From Botryllus schlosseri (taxonomy: Eukaryota), in NCBI GenBank assembly GCA_051294905.1, contig CM119372.1:3350001-3414000 (forward strand): 64,000 bases of DNA, given 5' to 3'. The position numbers and the translations under genes were made by a program. The notes below the pieces were generated by a model, which was not told the DNA's origin, did no database searches, and saw nothing but the letters and a program-made list of their open reading frames with translations. Within the stretch, counting starts at the first letter, position 1. Every line of letters starts with the position of its first letter. This document shows positions 24,363 to 37,527 of this stretch, in pieces.

Positions 24363-25195
24363 CTTCAAATAACATGAATTGAATGCAATATCGCGATACA
24401 CAGACGGAGACGGTTAGTAATGACGTAGTTATAATTTTCAAAGTAGTCAAGTGGGAGCTGCCTATTTGCACAACACTTACTCGGGTGGATATGTTTCCGA
24501 CTATACTTCCAATTCTGCTCAAAAGTTTTTGAATCAAACTACCGTAGTAAATTTTGTACACGTTCGATTTTGTAAACAGAAAATAGATTTACAATGGGTC
24601 ATGTAGAACTTTGCGGGACCAATTCTAATTCTGCTCGGAGCTGGTCAGTGGTCAGTAGCGAAGTGCTTCACTTTTTTCGGAGACCCCAAGTATACTTCAT
24701 CTGCTTTCAATAATTACTCAAGCGGTTATGTTTTAGACTATTGCCACTGCTACTTGAACAGTTTTTAGGCAAAACTAATGCCTAAAATTTGGATTTTAAA
24801 ACGGATAAATAACTTTTGGATTAGTTTGCATCACTTTTACGGTCGGAATTGTCGTACGAACATGACGGTTACTAAATATATTTTCGAAGACGGTACGTAT
24901 TTGTAGTGCCAGCCGTTTTATATTAGTCGAGAAGATGATCTTTCAATTTCGAAAGTAGCAACATTCGATTAACTGCTAGCAGCATTGGACACTGGTCACT
25001 TGAGACCTTTCATTTTCGACTTCATCTTGAAGTAGTTTTCCCATGGAAATTGCTACGTCTACTTGTTATCGTTACTTCTTCTACTTCAAAACAACACTTG
25101 ACTACTTCGATCATCTTCAAAAATACTTCAGTACTAGGGCTGATTACGTAGACCGCCTCTCTACACAGAAAGTACTTTCTCGTCGTATTACGTAC

Positions 25196-25782
25196 CTGGC
25201 TACACCGGTATATACTGCGTAAGGACACACAGCGTTCACGCGAACTCCTTTTGGGGCGTAGTCTAAAGCTGTCGTCCTTGTGAACTGATTGACCGCAGCC
25301 TTGGTCATGCAGTAGAACAAGTAGTTTGTGACCTGTTTCTCGGCGCAGTAGCTCGATATGTTAACCACATTCCCATTCGTTTTCAACAGGTAAGGCATTG
25401 CTTGCTGAGTTATTCGTACCATGGACTTAACATTGACTTGGAAGAGACGGTCGAAATCGTCCATTTTACCATTCTCGAGAGTACCGGTAATATTGAGCCC
25501 TGCGTTATTGACAAGAATATCGATTCTCGGGAACCTTGAGACGGTCATTTCGATCACAGATTCGACCTCCTGCATGTTCTCGAACTCTGCCTTCACAGTC
25601 AATACATCTTTGGCCCCTTTACTTTTGCACAGTGCTGCAACGGCATTAAGATTTTCGAGGTTTCGTCCTGTGATAGTGAGAAAGCAACCGTGCTCCGCGA
25701 ACGCTAAAGCAGCCGCTCGTCCAATGCCACTTGAGGCACCCGTAATTACTACGACTTTGTCGGAGAATTCCATCGCTGTCAT
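25196..25782 (-). CDS. Classical SDR oxidoreductase (probably NADP(H)-dependent), exon 1 of 2; intact 257-aa gene
   Basis: TGASSGIG, basic residue in TGRN, NNAG, ISS, YCMTK and VRVNAVCP motifs. Donor ag|gtacgt, phase 2, joins exon 2 in frame (587+187 nt = 258 codons). Confidence 0.92.
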
Positions 25783-26514
25783 GTAAATCTAACACTGGAA
25801 CTGGATAGATGTTCGAAACAAAATAAGTCAAAACCTACTTACGTATGCTAATGCTGAAGTGCACCGGTGGAAAATATCCGGGTGAGTGGTGGGGTTTTAA
25901 TGATTCTGATGATGTCGTACCGCGACAAGCACAATATCCGAGGAAAGAGATTCAATAGTGGTATCTATCTATCGATTTACCCGCTCACCAAAATGTCATG
26001 TATTAGCTCTAGCTCGAAACGTTACCGTCCGCACTTATTGTAAATAGCACATACCACCATATATTCACGGTTTACGTGGTATGTCAAACGAATAATATTA
26101 ATTTCAGTCGATATTACATCAGACATCATATGTAAGGCCCTGCTAATCGTCAGGCGAAAGTAAAAAATTATATACAAGACTTCGTTAGACATCGTGTAAG
26201 ACCTGTGGCTGGGTGGCATTCATATTTACTAATATAATCAGCAATACTCATACAACTCAATTCATATTTCCTCCATCTTTCGAACTGCTTTCGCATAAAA
26301 TAACTGACAATATTTACTCTTCTACAGCCAACGTGTACAACACAGCACAAGTATCAGAATCTCAGTGGAAGGTATTATGTAAAACCTGCCTGCAAAGCAA
26401 ATTGTGATTGCGATACGGTTAAATGATTCCGTTTCAGTTACAGGGTTCTAGTTGAGATTCATAACGTATGTATTTCTCCCTGCATTTTTTCTCCAGCAGC
26501 GTGACGAACATCCT

Positions 26515-26975
26515 ATTCAATTCAATTTCTTGCTAAAATTTTATCTTTTCAATACACCACAAGACTGCGATACAATAAAAGATAGGAAGGTGTCGAAACG
26601 ACTTGGAGTAGTCTTCGAAATCAGACACCCACCTGGCCTAGGTGATGTAAAGAAGGAGGCATGTACAAGTTGTGCAGTATGTACTGTACACTGAATGAAA
26701 AGTAACAAGATAATATAAAAGGACAGGTGGCAAAAAAAGATGGCATGTGTCGGAAGGTGAGATTGATATATCAGGTCGTGACTCGCGGTTCGGTAAACTA
26801 AACGGCTAACTAGTATTCAGTCAGACATTGTTTGTATTTCGACTTGAATGTGAACTGAACATGCTCGATGAATGTCGGATAGCCGGCGAGATACTGCTGC
26901 ACAAATCAAGTCCGGCGATGATCATTTTTTCTGCCATATGGTAGTTGGACGACGTGGACGCGCGTGTGTCGTACT
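26515..26975 (-). mobile_element. 3' fragment of CR1/L2-group LINE family 2
   Basis: Matches 39580-40010 (gataggaaggtgtcgaa.cgacttggagt.gtc...; ttgtatttcgacttgaatgtg). Confidence 0.75.
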
Positions 26976-26993
26976 TATGAACTTATCCACATA

Positions 26994-29245
26994 TACGGTT
27001 GCATTTAAAACAAACGTTCACAATCCACTATGACGTCACAATTGAATATACGTGACGTCATGGCTTATAAAAAATTACAAATATGTTTTAAACAAGGGCG
27101 TTGTTTTAAACATGTTTGTTTTGAATTTATTTTTGTTTTAAACACAACCCTATGTACAGTAGGGCTCTTCAAAAATGACTTTTTTTCTCAAATCGTACTG
27201 GCTACTTGATAAAATTGTTAGGTTACCTAATTTAAGCCTTCACAACAAGTTTGGTTCAATTCCAACCAGTAGCCTCATTGCTACAGGAGAAGAGCAGAGT
27301 AGTATTTACAAAGGCCAAGGTTAGGGTTAATAGCTGATTTATATTTGATCGTACCTTTGACAAAACAACTTTAGAGTGCTACCAGTCCGTGTTTACTGTC
27401 CGTGTTTGGTTGTCGACCTGACGATGTTTTTCTTTTGACGTGAAATCAAAAGTAACGTCTGGTCAGTCAACTAACCAAAAATATCCGAAGCGATGTTGCA
27501 ACTATCCAAATATATTCGAAACAAAATCTGCAATAGAATCCGACTCCGATACGACTGTCTCAAAACTGTGCAAAATCCGGTCCGATGCCAAACAGTGAAA
27601 AGTCTGGTCTCATCGCTGGTGATTTCTGCTGTTTTCTGTCGGACACCAGTTCTGAAATGGGGGCTTCGCCCTGGAAAGTGTCATTGTCTTGTCTAGTTGA
27701 AACGCAACAGCCTGATAGCGATTGCGAAATTACAAAGGAGCTTTCAGATAGACGGGATTTCGATTTCGAACCTTCATACGCCACTGCACAAGACGTACCG
27801 CTATAACAGTCGCAATTCGACTGCTGATCAGGCCTACTAACCTGCAACCAATGTTGACCAAGGCGGGTGTTTCATCACAAATCATATGTATGAGTTGGGT
27901 AGATGTGTTTTGACCTCCGGGGGTCCCGTCAGACTGACTCAGGTTACCCACTCAGACAGGGGTGTAAAACATACGGCCCGTCAGACGATTTCATCCGGCC
28001 CACGAAGCAATTCTGAGTAGATTGGAAGATATTTGTGTTATCCAGCACGGTTCTAACAAATGTTTCAGTTTTTAGTAAGAAATACTTCCAATAAATAATC
28101 CTTCGAGGCCACAAATGTTGAATTATGTTCATAGGCCGCATTATATCCATTCGACAGCGGTAATATGGTTTCTAGGGTTGCATTTCAAACAAACGGTGGT
28201 TTAAATCACTTTGTTTAAAACATGTTTTAAACAGTGTTTAAAAAAGCCTTTAAAAAATGTGTTTTTATAAGTTGTAAAATGATGCCATAATTGTGTAAAT
28301 ACTTTACAAAAAACACGTTGTATGAGCCTACGGACAATTACCACCCGATGTAGCGGACGTATATCGATACGGGATGGTTGGAACACTCAAAATAGTCAGT
28401 TTAACAGCAATACTGCCGTGTCTGACCTGCCGGGATTGTGTTTGACAACCATGCTATAGGCTACTGTTAGGTCGGTACTGCTATCTGGTTGTGTGTTTTA
28501 ATCAGGTCCGAAACAACATTTTTCAGCCCCCTTCTGCTCAAAAAGCACTGATCTTGGCTCCACCATAGGGTAATCGATGTAACTTCTTGGGCACTTACTA
28601 TATGCATTTTGTTGTTAAATTTTATGAATAAATTTTGTCAATTATATTGATTTTTCCATATATTAGGCTACTATAGATTCACCAGCAGGTTGCACATCTG
28701 GTGATTTCCTACCTTTTATGGTCGCGACCTCAAAACTTGAAAAGCTGATTACTAAAAAAAGTCAGCTTGCCCAAACTAATTCACGGCCTAGGAAGCTGAT
28801 TACGTCCAACATCATCGCGATCCCCAGATAAGGCGGACGACCCAAAGATTTGGAACCACTGTCTGTGACAGAAGCATCCAATCGGCCTAACCAACTCTAG
28901 GAATATACCGTTAGCTTATAATTGCGATTACAATTAGACTTACTTCAGTAAATGATGGTTATTTATATTTATTTTTTATTGCATTTTTGCGATGGCGGTG
29001 CCTGTTGCCCATACTAATATCAATAGACGTAGCACTACCTCGCGCGCAGCGCGAAGAAAAATTTCGAATAGCCTAAACCTACTTGAAAATAATATTGCTT
29101 ATGTTAATTTACGAAAAGCTTTTGAGCCTACTTCATGCCTTCAAAATTCCGGACATTTAGGCATATTTTAGAATTTCCTCCCGGACGCAGTTTTTTCAGT
29201 GAAATTCCGGACATGACCGGGTAATTCCGGACGTATGGCAACCCT
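26994..29245. mobile_element. Cluster of degenerate or truncated hAT MITE pieces
   Basis: TTTAAAAC-rich mini element 26994-27152 and a related end at 28173; tagggctcttcaaaa end at 27160; caggggtgtaaaa end at 27957; ccggac-array end tatggcaaccctg at ~29246. Confidence 0.55.
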
Positions 29246-29514
29246 GTTATATGCAGGCTACATTGAGAACAAAATAGTCACAAAATTATGATTCAAATAT
29301 AAGTTGTCGCACGGCTGTATCGGTTTTGACTCGAAAGGTCCGCGGCCTCCACATGAACCCGAATCGCGAATTATTACTGATGAACCTATAATTACAACGT
29401 GCGCGTATATTAGAGTTAATCTCTATTGTATTTCTCACAGCGCATATACCCAACCCAGGGCAGCGCCAGATTACAACTAAAACAAAAGGATCATAGACAT
29501 ATGACAGCGTACAT

Positions 29515-30631
29515 CAGGGGTGGGCAAACTACGGCCCGCGGGCCGCATGCGGCCCGCGACACCGTTCTGTGCGGCCCGCGAGAGTCTAAAGAAACTTTTT
29601 TTAAATATTGATAAAATACATACTCAATATCGAATTAATGTAGGGACTTGATAAAACTTTTTCTTAATATATTTCACCATGATAATCTTAAGACAATGGT
29701 TCCCAAACTGGGACGCAGGCCTCCTTGCGGGTGTGAAGGCATCTGAAGGGGGTGCGAAGTTGAGCTCAACTGTAAAAAATTTTCGCGCTCCGCGCGATTG
29801 TAGTCCGCTTCATAATTGTTGCTCGGTATTTAGTCAGAATTTCATAGTTACCTGCCATCAAACTATCCGTTAGGTTTGCTAGCATCCTGGTTATGTTTTG
29901 TGACATGACGATAAGGGGCCGCGAAATGCTTCAACATCATAAGGGGGGGGGGCGTGTCTTAAAAAGTTTGAGAACCCCTATTCCAAGGTAAATACTTCGT
30001 TTAATTTCTGGCGCGACAGCCCGATCTCAAGGACCACGCAGTTTGAAAGGTTTCAACTGCTAAATATCACAGAAATCCTAAACGAGATTGACATAATTCG
30101 GACCACGAGTGGGATTTCAGATTGGCCACTCTACTTTAATAATCTCAGTTATGTGCTTATAAAAACCGATTCGCGCGTGTCTTAGGTAGATTCGTTCTCG
30201 GTATGCGTAGAATTGGGGTATTTATATTTTATCTACACATAGTAGAAGTGTGTTTGAAGCTAGCATGGTTATGATGCTGTCTGCATTTTGTGTCCTGGAA
30301 CTGAACCAAAAGTGGAATTAGTAAATCTATGAACAGACCGCTGCTCACAGATTTTCCGACTTTCATCTCTATAGTTTTGACAAATTGGTTATTGAGGTCG
30401 ACCAGCCGATGAAATCTCGCCACTATGTTTCTGACGCGAGTACGATACCATCAAAGCAATGTTTGGTTTGTTTTAAATAAGCACATATATCAACTCCATG
30501 TCCTCACTATATTATCAAATACCAATATTGCGTTTCGGTTTATAATCCCAATTTTATAGAGTATAGTGCGGCCCGCGAATGGATTTAGATGTTGAATGCG
30601 GCCCGCGAACTCAAAAGTTTGCCCACCCCTG
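29515..30631. mobile_element. Non-autonomous hAT MITE (Charlie-type) with nested 29694-29980 element
   Basis: Perfect TIR caggggtgggcaaact; perfect TSD gcgtacat (29507-29514, 30632-30639); the nested piece is homologous to 63764 onward. Confidence 0.9.
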
Positions 30632-31104
30632 GCGTACATCGTCGTTAAAGCCACTGTTTTAACGGTTTATAACTGTATTCAAGCGGCCAATCATCGTACT
30701 TTTGCTAAATCGATTGTTTGCGAATACAGGTGTTACAAGAATCCCCTGTGATCCGTAATATGATGTAGTCTACCATCACGTACACAGGCTTGATATTAAG
30801 ACACGGCACAGATTTTGAGGTAACAATTTGAAATAATTTGACTGGTCCGGCCCGCGAGCGATCTGAAGGTTTGAATCCGGCCCGCGATGCAAGTTGAGTT
30901 TCCCAACCCTGCCCCAAGATCATAGTATATCCAACTAGTTTTCGTATTGTGTTGACAAGCGGATGTAATAATGTGTTATCACGCCGCTATGGCTCGAGGA
31001 CTTGCGAGGATATGAAAAATGATTTCACAGTGAATACATCTCCTGATGATATTCTTGGTCCAGCAGAATGACTCACGCTTTCTTATAATTGCAGTCACCA
31101 AGCT

Positions 31105-31131
31105 TCTATCTATCTATCTATCTATCTATCT
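31105..31131. repeat. (TATC)n microsatellite
   Basis: tctatctatctatctatctatctatct. Confidence 0.9.
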
Positions 31132-31671
31132 GTCACAGGAAAAGAGACGTTGCCAGCAGAATACAGGAGATATTGCTAGATTCACTTCAGTATGAAGAGT
31201 AGTAGTTCAAAGTTTTGGGGTGCTATGAAAGAAATACGCCCCGCGTATGTATCTAGTCGTAAGATTGCGTAAGAACGCATTGCAAATCGTGATTAATTCA
31301 ATTTACTGGCATATTCAAATCATTATAAAAATGTACTCATACCTATTACCTACCGCCAACTAATATGAGGACTACAATTTACAATAGGACTTAACATTAA
31401 TAGGATCCCATGTAGATGCAAATGAAATATGTCACGATAGATTATCTAGACGCGCTGTGTAACTTGAATTTCCGAGGTCTTTGCGTGCAATAATTATTAT
31501 TAATCCAAATTTTCAGTAAGGGAGAATCAGGTAGGCATAGGATCGACCTTGTGAATCGATACATTTTGGTGGCAACAGTTCGGCAGATCCTGGAAATTTG
31601 TTAAAAGGGTTGGCGAGGATAAAGTAACCATCATTGTTTTCTGCACGTGCAACAGTAAAACTTTGATCAAC

Positions 31672-31786
31672 ATGGATATCACTCACTCAGTAACTGCATT
31701 GAGTGTTTTCAGTCTGATGTGGTCGGTATCACGAGTCACTGCATTCGCCGATTGCACAAATTGTTCGTTTTACGGAATGTTTATAT
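31672..31786 (+). CDS. EGF-domain gene: probable first coding exon with signal peptide
   Basis: Acceptor caacag at 31655; MDITHSVTALSVFSLMWSVSRVTAFADCTNCSFYGMFI; phase-1 donor gtaagt. Confidence 0.5.
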
Positions 31787-31967
31787 GTAAGTGACGAGTT
31801 TATTGTTTCTTCTGCATTGGAGCAGGTTTATCCGCTTCTTTTCACTCGATAGCCCGCACAGGAATACGTAAGCAATGTCATTCCAGTTACAGGTTCAAGC
31901 CAGCATGTTGCCGGGTTTGCTCTTGCTTAAGTAATCCAACAAGACCGTGCCAGACACTGGGCAATAT

Positions 31968-32230
31968 GGTGGCGAGTAAAGTAGTGGAATAATCCACAGC
32001 TGAAACACTAATGGGCTGCGGGTTCGAGTCCGACCGAGGTCGACTCCATAATTTCTACCCAGGTGTTGGAGGTTTATCTAGGCTCCACATCGCCCTCTCA
32101 TCCGCATATATGCGGCCTAGAACTGGGCTGTGCTACAAGTCGGCAGTCACAGATTAAATCGGCCTTGTAAATGACTACAGTGGTCGACAAACACCATGAA
32201 TACCACACACACACACACTCACATACACAA
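31968..32230 (+). mobile_element. tRNA-derived SINE family 1
   Basis: B box ggttcgagtcc; (AC)n tail; TSD ac(t/c)gggcaatat. Confidence 0.85.
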
Positions 32231-33017
32231 ACCGGGCAATATCGCTGTGTCTATTCCCACTTCAATCACAACTACTTTTGACAAGAAAATCTCCGAGTTC
32301 TCATCAGACAAGGGCTGCTATTTGCTAGAGTACAATATACTTTTCGGGTGATTGATTTCAAGTGTCCGACTGTCCGTATTCATCCGCTTCTATAGAAGTA
32401 GGGGTACCATATGTCCTCTTTAGGGAGAATTTGTTCTACTTTCTTGATAAATAAAGTGTCTTTTTTAGCATTTCGTCCTATTTTTGTGTTTTCAAGGAGA
32501 CTTTTAGGTGTGATAAGTGATAGAGAAGACTAGAAATAGGTAAACTATCACGGGATTCGGATAATATGTTTATATATTTCCTGTTTTTATGTCTGTTATT
32601 ATAACTTTTTTTGGCTAGCCACCAAACTTGAAGCCAAGAAAAAAGGGTCCTCTTTTTGAATTCCGAAAACGTGGTAGGTCTATGTAGAGCAGACTCTCGA
32701 ATAATCTTTATGAAATCAGGAAACCGGTTGGCAGCAGTCGGAACCGGATGAAAAATAAGACTTTTGTGATTGACGTAAAATTTGAATACCACCACTCCCT
32801 GTTTCACCCATAATTTAACAAAATAATGCTCAGCGTTTTGCTACGGGTTTTCACAATCTACCGATCTAAAGAAAAATTCTCGCGATCTACCACAAATGAC
32901 CCGCGACCCACCGGAATGTCGTGATCGACCTTGTGAGCACCCCTGTGCTAGAATGTCTACATTTCATAAACGATTTTCTGTATGACACACCGATACCTGA
33001 CCGGTTATATTTTACAG

Positions 33018-33083
33018 TTGAGGACGGCAAAGTCAAGAAGATATTTCAGGAAAGTATCGACGCCATCCCGGTGGGACTAGTAG
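33018..33083 (+). CDS. EGF-domain gene: internal exon (phase 1-1)
   Basis: ttttacag| EDGKVKKIFQESIDAIPVGLV |gtgatt; 66 nt. Confidence 0.6.
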
Positions 33084-33864
33084 GTGATTTCAACCGAACA
33101 ATTAAACTTATTTCATTGCGGATTTGAATTGCACCTTTCAGCTTGCTGAAATCTAGGGTGTCGTGCTATACTTAGATCAGTGGTTCCGATCCAATGCTCC
33201 ATTGAACACCAGGAATTCCCGGGCCACTTTCAGGGGTTTCCTGCGGGTCAAGACACACACTAAACTCATACCTATAACTTGTGATGATACCCTCGTCTTG
33301 GCCATCATTGATTGCAGGTAATTAGGCCGATCCTTAGTCGAATTGTGACTGTTGGTGGTGTTACGTCGCGAGCAATCTCGTATACGCAAATCGAAACCCC
33401 GCCCCTCTGAAATGTCATTTCTATCTTCAACATTTATAAGCTCATTTTTAATCAAGCAACTGGTATCACGCTGTTGCGTTTCGACCGAACAATACGCTGA
33501 CACTTTCCAAGGTGAACCCTCGCATTTTTAAACTGGTATCTGAAAGGGAACAGCAGAAGTCACACTGATTTACCATAAATACTCATTATACTGTTGCCGT
33601 ATAATGTGAATGAACCTTAGATCAACCATGTGACGATAATAGCAGTACACGTCTTTCACCGTAAAGGCAACATTGGGGATGGTGCTAAAGTTGTGTTGAT
33701 GTTCTGTGTGAGGACTTCAGTATTTCATATCCTCATGTGTCCCCTTGCCATGCGTTCCCATGCGCATTGCTACAATCTCACTATGTTCACACGTCACCAT
33801 TACTAATAGTACCCATGCTGATTGCTAAAGTGCCGCTTGCTGATATACTCCCAAACCGTTTTAG

Positions 33865-34005
33865 AGTTATCTGCAGCGGATGCCTGCGAAAATATAGGAT
33901 GCGGTGAATATTCGATCTGCACTCCAGAACTGAGCAATATATTCAGCTGCAAATGCAATAACGGTTATTTTGTGAAAGCATCAAGAGTGAAATTTCAATG
34001 CCTAG
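33865..34005 (+). CDS. EGF-domain gene: EGF-like exon
   Basis: DACENIGCGEYSICTPELSNIFSCKCNNGYFVKASRVKFQCL (6 Cys); phase 1-1; donor gtaag; alternative in-phase acceptor at 33876. Confidence 0.85.
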
Positions 34006-34499
34006 GTAAGCATATGTAATTGTCCATAGTCTTGACAAATAGGGTTCACGAAACTCCTCGGAAATTGAGGTTCACCAAATAGACTGGTTTCTTTATAGCC
34101 TATAGAAGTGAATAATAAAGCGATATAGTACTATAGTCTTGAATGTCCTTTGTCACGTGACATAGTTAGTCCTGTAAGCGGGAATTTACCACAATAAGTG
34201 CCCTCCCCACGCGTTTCCTATTGAATTCCACCACATGTTGAAAAAGGGGCGAGAACACATTTCGCATAATCAGTATGAAGTATACGATCATGGAATAACA
34301 CATTTCTTGTATATTACACGCACTAATTTCGGGTAAAGTATTCTATTCGGAGGTTTAAGTTGATTTTCACCTGAACCTAGTGCTAGATAACTTATTCGAC
34401 AACTTTCTGTAAGATGATATTATATATATAGCCTAATACGACGTATATTAACACAGTATTAATCAAATCATTCGCGTTAAGAAACTTATCTTCCGACAG

Positions 34500-34619
34500 A
34501 TATAAATGAATGCGACGGGGTCAATTCATGTCACGAACATGCAGACTGTTTCAACACAGAAGGCGGTCACAATTGCACATGTGGTGCTGGCTTTGAAGGC
34601 AACGGCACGCATTGCGATG
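34500..34619 (+). CDS. EGF-domain gene: calcium-binding EGF exon
   Basis: DINECDGVNSCHEHADCFNTEGGHNCTCGAGFEGNGTHCD; cag|...|gtatg; 120 nt, phase 1-1. Confidence 0.92.
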
Positions 34620-35084
34620 GTATGAAACGATATGCATACCATATATTCTCTTTTAGAATTTTTTCCTCTTTTCTCGTGAAAAGTGAACTGTCCTCCTCAA
34701 AAATGCCCAAATGTCCCGTTTTCTTCACGTTTATATTTTCACCAAGAAGTTTAAGTTTCATTTACTCTCAAAAATTACTGAAACCATGATACATGCTAAA
34801 TTGCTGGTCAAATGTTTTCCAACAATTTGTCCTACGAGCTCTACATTCTTGATTGTTATTTCGAACATTGTGCGACGTTTTCTGTAACATATAGGCCTTT
34901 TACATCAGATGAACTGTCGCAATATTTCTGGCGCAAGTTCGAACTTGAGATGCCTATTGGTTCGGTCGGTTTCGAGAATCTTGACGGTTGTATATGATGG
35001 AAATTAAATTCCCTGTGAAAAATCCAGGATCTTGTTTAAAATGATCATTCCTTATTGGCTAATGTCAAGAGAGCCGCAAACTGT

Positions 35085-35363
35085 TTGTTTGTTTGTTTTG
35101 TGATATTCATGGTGTTTGTCGACTACCATGGTCATGTACACCAGGCCGATATACTTCATTATTTTCCGCAACTGCCGACTTATAGCACGGCCCACCTCTA
35201 GGCCTTTTGTAAGACACCACTTACGCGGATAAGGTGGCGAGGAGGAGCCTAGGTAAACCTCCGACACTTAGGTATCGGAATTCTGAAGTCGACCTCGGTC
35301 GGACTCGAACCCGCACCCATTGGTGTTGCAGCCGCGGATTATACCACTGCGATATCTCGCCAC
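35085..35363 (-). mobile_element. tRNA-derived SINE family 1
   Basis: 13-bp perfect TSD agccgcaaactgt (35072-35084, 35364-35376); A and B boxes; (AAAC)n tail. Confidence 0.92.
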
Positions 35364-35793
35364 AGCCGCAAACTGTGCCTGGGCTGAATCTGAAAAATGA
35401 ATTTTATTTGTAGTTGTTTTGTCTGTTCTTATAACTTTTGCTTTCCTTCGTTTTTGTACCTTTTGCTCGCAACTACCAAGGAAATATAAACCATCGTCAA
35501 ACTCAAACTAAACAGTTCTACTTTTGTTTCACTTGACAGCAAAAAATGTCCTCTTTACGGACGCTATAAATACGGTGAGCCTAATGAAACAAACTTATAG
35601 TACTGGAAGTGGCAATCTAGCATTTACTATATGTGCACCAACTCCCATTACTTATTGCTAAGAAAAACAAGAGTTGAAAAGGAAATAGTATTTCCTACTT
35701 TTGACCATTTTCGGTAATTTTGGATCTTTATGTCGGCACTTAAACTATAGGCCTACTGCATTTACAATTCCCAATCTCAATGTTATTTTCTAG

Positions 35794-35913
35794 ACATTGA
35801 TGAATGCGCGAACGATCTGATTTGTCATGTATTCGCAATCTGTGACAATACCATAGGGAGTTATGAATGTACCTGTTCCTTTATGACGACTGGTGACGGG
35901 AAGTACTGTCGAG
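35794..35913 (+). CDS. EGF-domain gene: calcium-binding EGF exon
   Basis: DIDECANDLICHVFAICDNTIGSYECTCSFMTTGDGKYCR; tag|...|gtgag; 120 nt, phase 1-1. Confidence 0.92.
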
Positions 35914-36114
35914 GTGAGCCGATGAATCATCCATTCCATCCCGGTTGTGACTGCGTACTGCTTTCTATGCATTGGCATAGCTCTACGCGCATTTTCTGAA
36001 TTGTTGCGTGAAATTAATAACTTTGGGGATCATTCATGCGTTCAAATTACATGCTGGAGCTAAGTGATATAATGGTTCTAGGCCTCGTATAATATTATGA
36101 TTTATGCATTTCAG

Positions 36115-36141
36115 ATTTCCTGCCATGGGAAGGTATTCAAG
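36115..36141 (+). CDS. EGF-domain gene: possible micro-exon (ends at 36132 or 36141)
   Basis: atttcag| DFLPWE(GIQ) with two in-phase GT donors. Confidence 0.4.
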
Positions 36142-36364
36142 GTGAACATGTGATGAGGCAATTTCGGAAATTGGATTTTTATGCTATTCGATTTTTATGC
36201 GTTGATTGGTATATACAATATATCTTTAAACATAGTATTGCAGCAAACGAGCCCCAAAATCATATTTCATCAACACAGTATGAACATTGAGCATTGAGTA
36301 ACTCAATATATTCATATTTACCGCCACCGTGCGATATTATGGCACTGCATACTTTTTGACTTTG

Positions 36365-36686
36365 GAGTATAGTTCCTGTTGTGGTTCCAAATTTAGAAAG
36401 GTGAGTGGTTCTAGTTCTAGTTCTATTTCGAGCTGCTAGTTTTGAAAAGTGATTGGTTCTAGTTCTAGTTCTAGTTGCAACTTTTAAAAAGTGAGTTGTT
36501 CCAGGTCTAGTTTTAGTTTCTACTTTTGAACGTTGAACAGCTCTAGTTCCGGTTCCAGTTCTGGTTCCAACTTTTGAAAAATGAGTAGGCCTAGTTCTAG
36601 TTCTAGTTGATAGTTTTGAAAACTGAGTCGTTCTAGTTCTAGTTTTGGTTGCAAATTTTGAAAATTCCTTAATTCGCACAAGTCTG
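36365..36686 (-). mobile_element. MITE end with GTTCTA/AACTAG arrays
   Basis: ~30-40-bp units of (gttcta)n...ttttgaaaa; terminus cagacttgtgcgaa on the minus strand; related fragment at 43745-43800. Confidence 0.6.
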
Positions 36687-36744
36687 CTGTAGTGTCGTGG
36701 TCATAATGTATTATCACAGTTTAATGCCTCTGCCGATTCTACAG

Positions 36745-36854
36745 AGAATACCACGAAAGTAATGCAATTGGAGATCTGTGCGGAAACGAGCCTGATAGTA
36801 AAGATTCAAAAGACCTTCACCGTAACGTCGTCACTGTACGATCTTGTTATCGAA
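36745..36854 (+). CDS. EGF-domain gene: internal exon
   Basis: ttctacag| ENTTKVMQLEICAETSLIVKIQKTFTVTSSLYDLVIE |gtaggt; phase 1-0. Confidence 0.7.
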
Positions 36855-37527
36855 GTAGGTTAATTCCTATAGCTATTCAATAATACATTTTGACTCACAT
36901 ATTAGATATGCATGCATAGGGTCAGAGTTTTATATTCTAACCGGACAGGAGTCCGGCAATTATCGTAGCCATGAAGGATGCCGAATTGCTGGCTCAAAAA
37001 AGGTTTTCCAACAAATGGCCTGCCGGCCTTGATTGTTATTGCGAACATCGTTCGACGTTCTCTGCTCTGTAGCATCTGGATCTTTTTCACATGCGAGGAT
37101 CTGTCGCAATTTTTCTAGAGGAAGTTCGAACTCAACATACCTATTAGATGAATCAGTTTCGAGCATTTGGACGGTTGCACATAATTTCAATGATATTTTT
37201 TATTCAAACAAGTTCACTAAATCCTTAAAAATGATCATTTCTTATTAGCAAAGTATTCATGAGCTGAATGCGATTACTAATTTTTGTTTATGAAACTTCT
37301 GATTTGCCTTGTTTTTGTAAATTTTTCCTGCAACTAATAAGGAAATGTGAAATGTCATCAAACTCAATCGTAACAATTTTACTTTCGTTTTACTTGCCGG
37401 AAAATGACGTCCTCTTTTAGGGTGCTGAAAATATGGTAGGCCTAACAAACTCGAGCAACTGATAAATCGTCAATTACAGTCGTCTTCAACTATGTGGGTT
37501 ATTCCCATCCAGATTTTTCTCTCCCAG

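Noticed and set aside
25144..25195. C-terminal tail of the 212-aa ORF (YVIRRESTFCVERRST)
   Set aside because: Intron read-through; the conserved GT donor and exon 2 supply the true SDR C-terminus.
31792..31794. In-frame TGA as selenocysteine
   Set aside because: It lies just inside a consensus GT donor, with no redox motif and no SECIS identified.
36260..36717. RTRTRT / ELELEP low-complexity ORFs (similarly NPNP at 8946-9176 and SGSG/APAP at 57147-57534)
   Set aside because: Translations of hexamer arrays in MITE ends.
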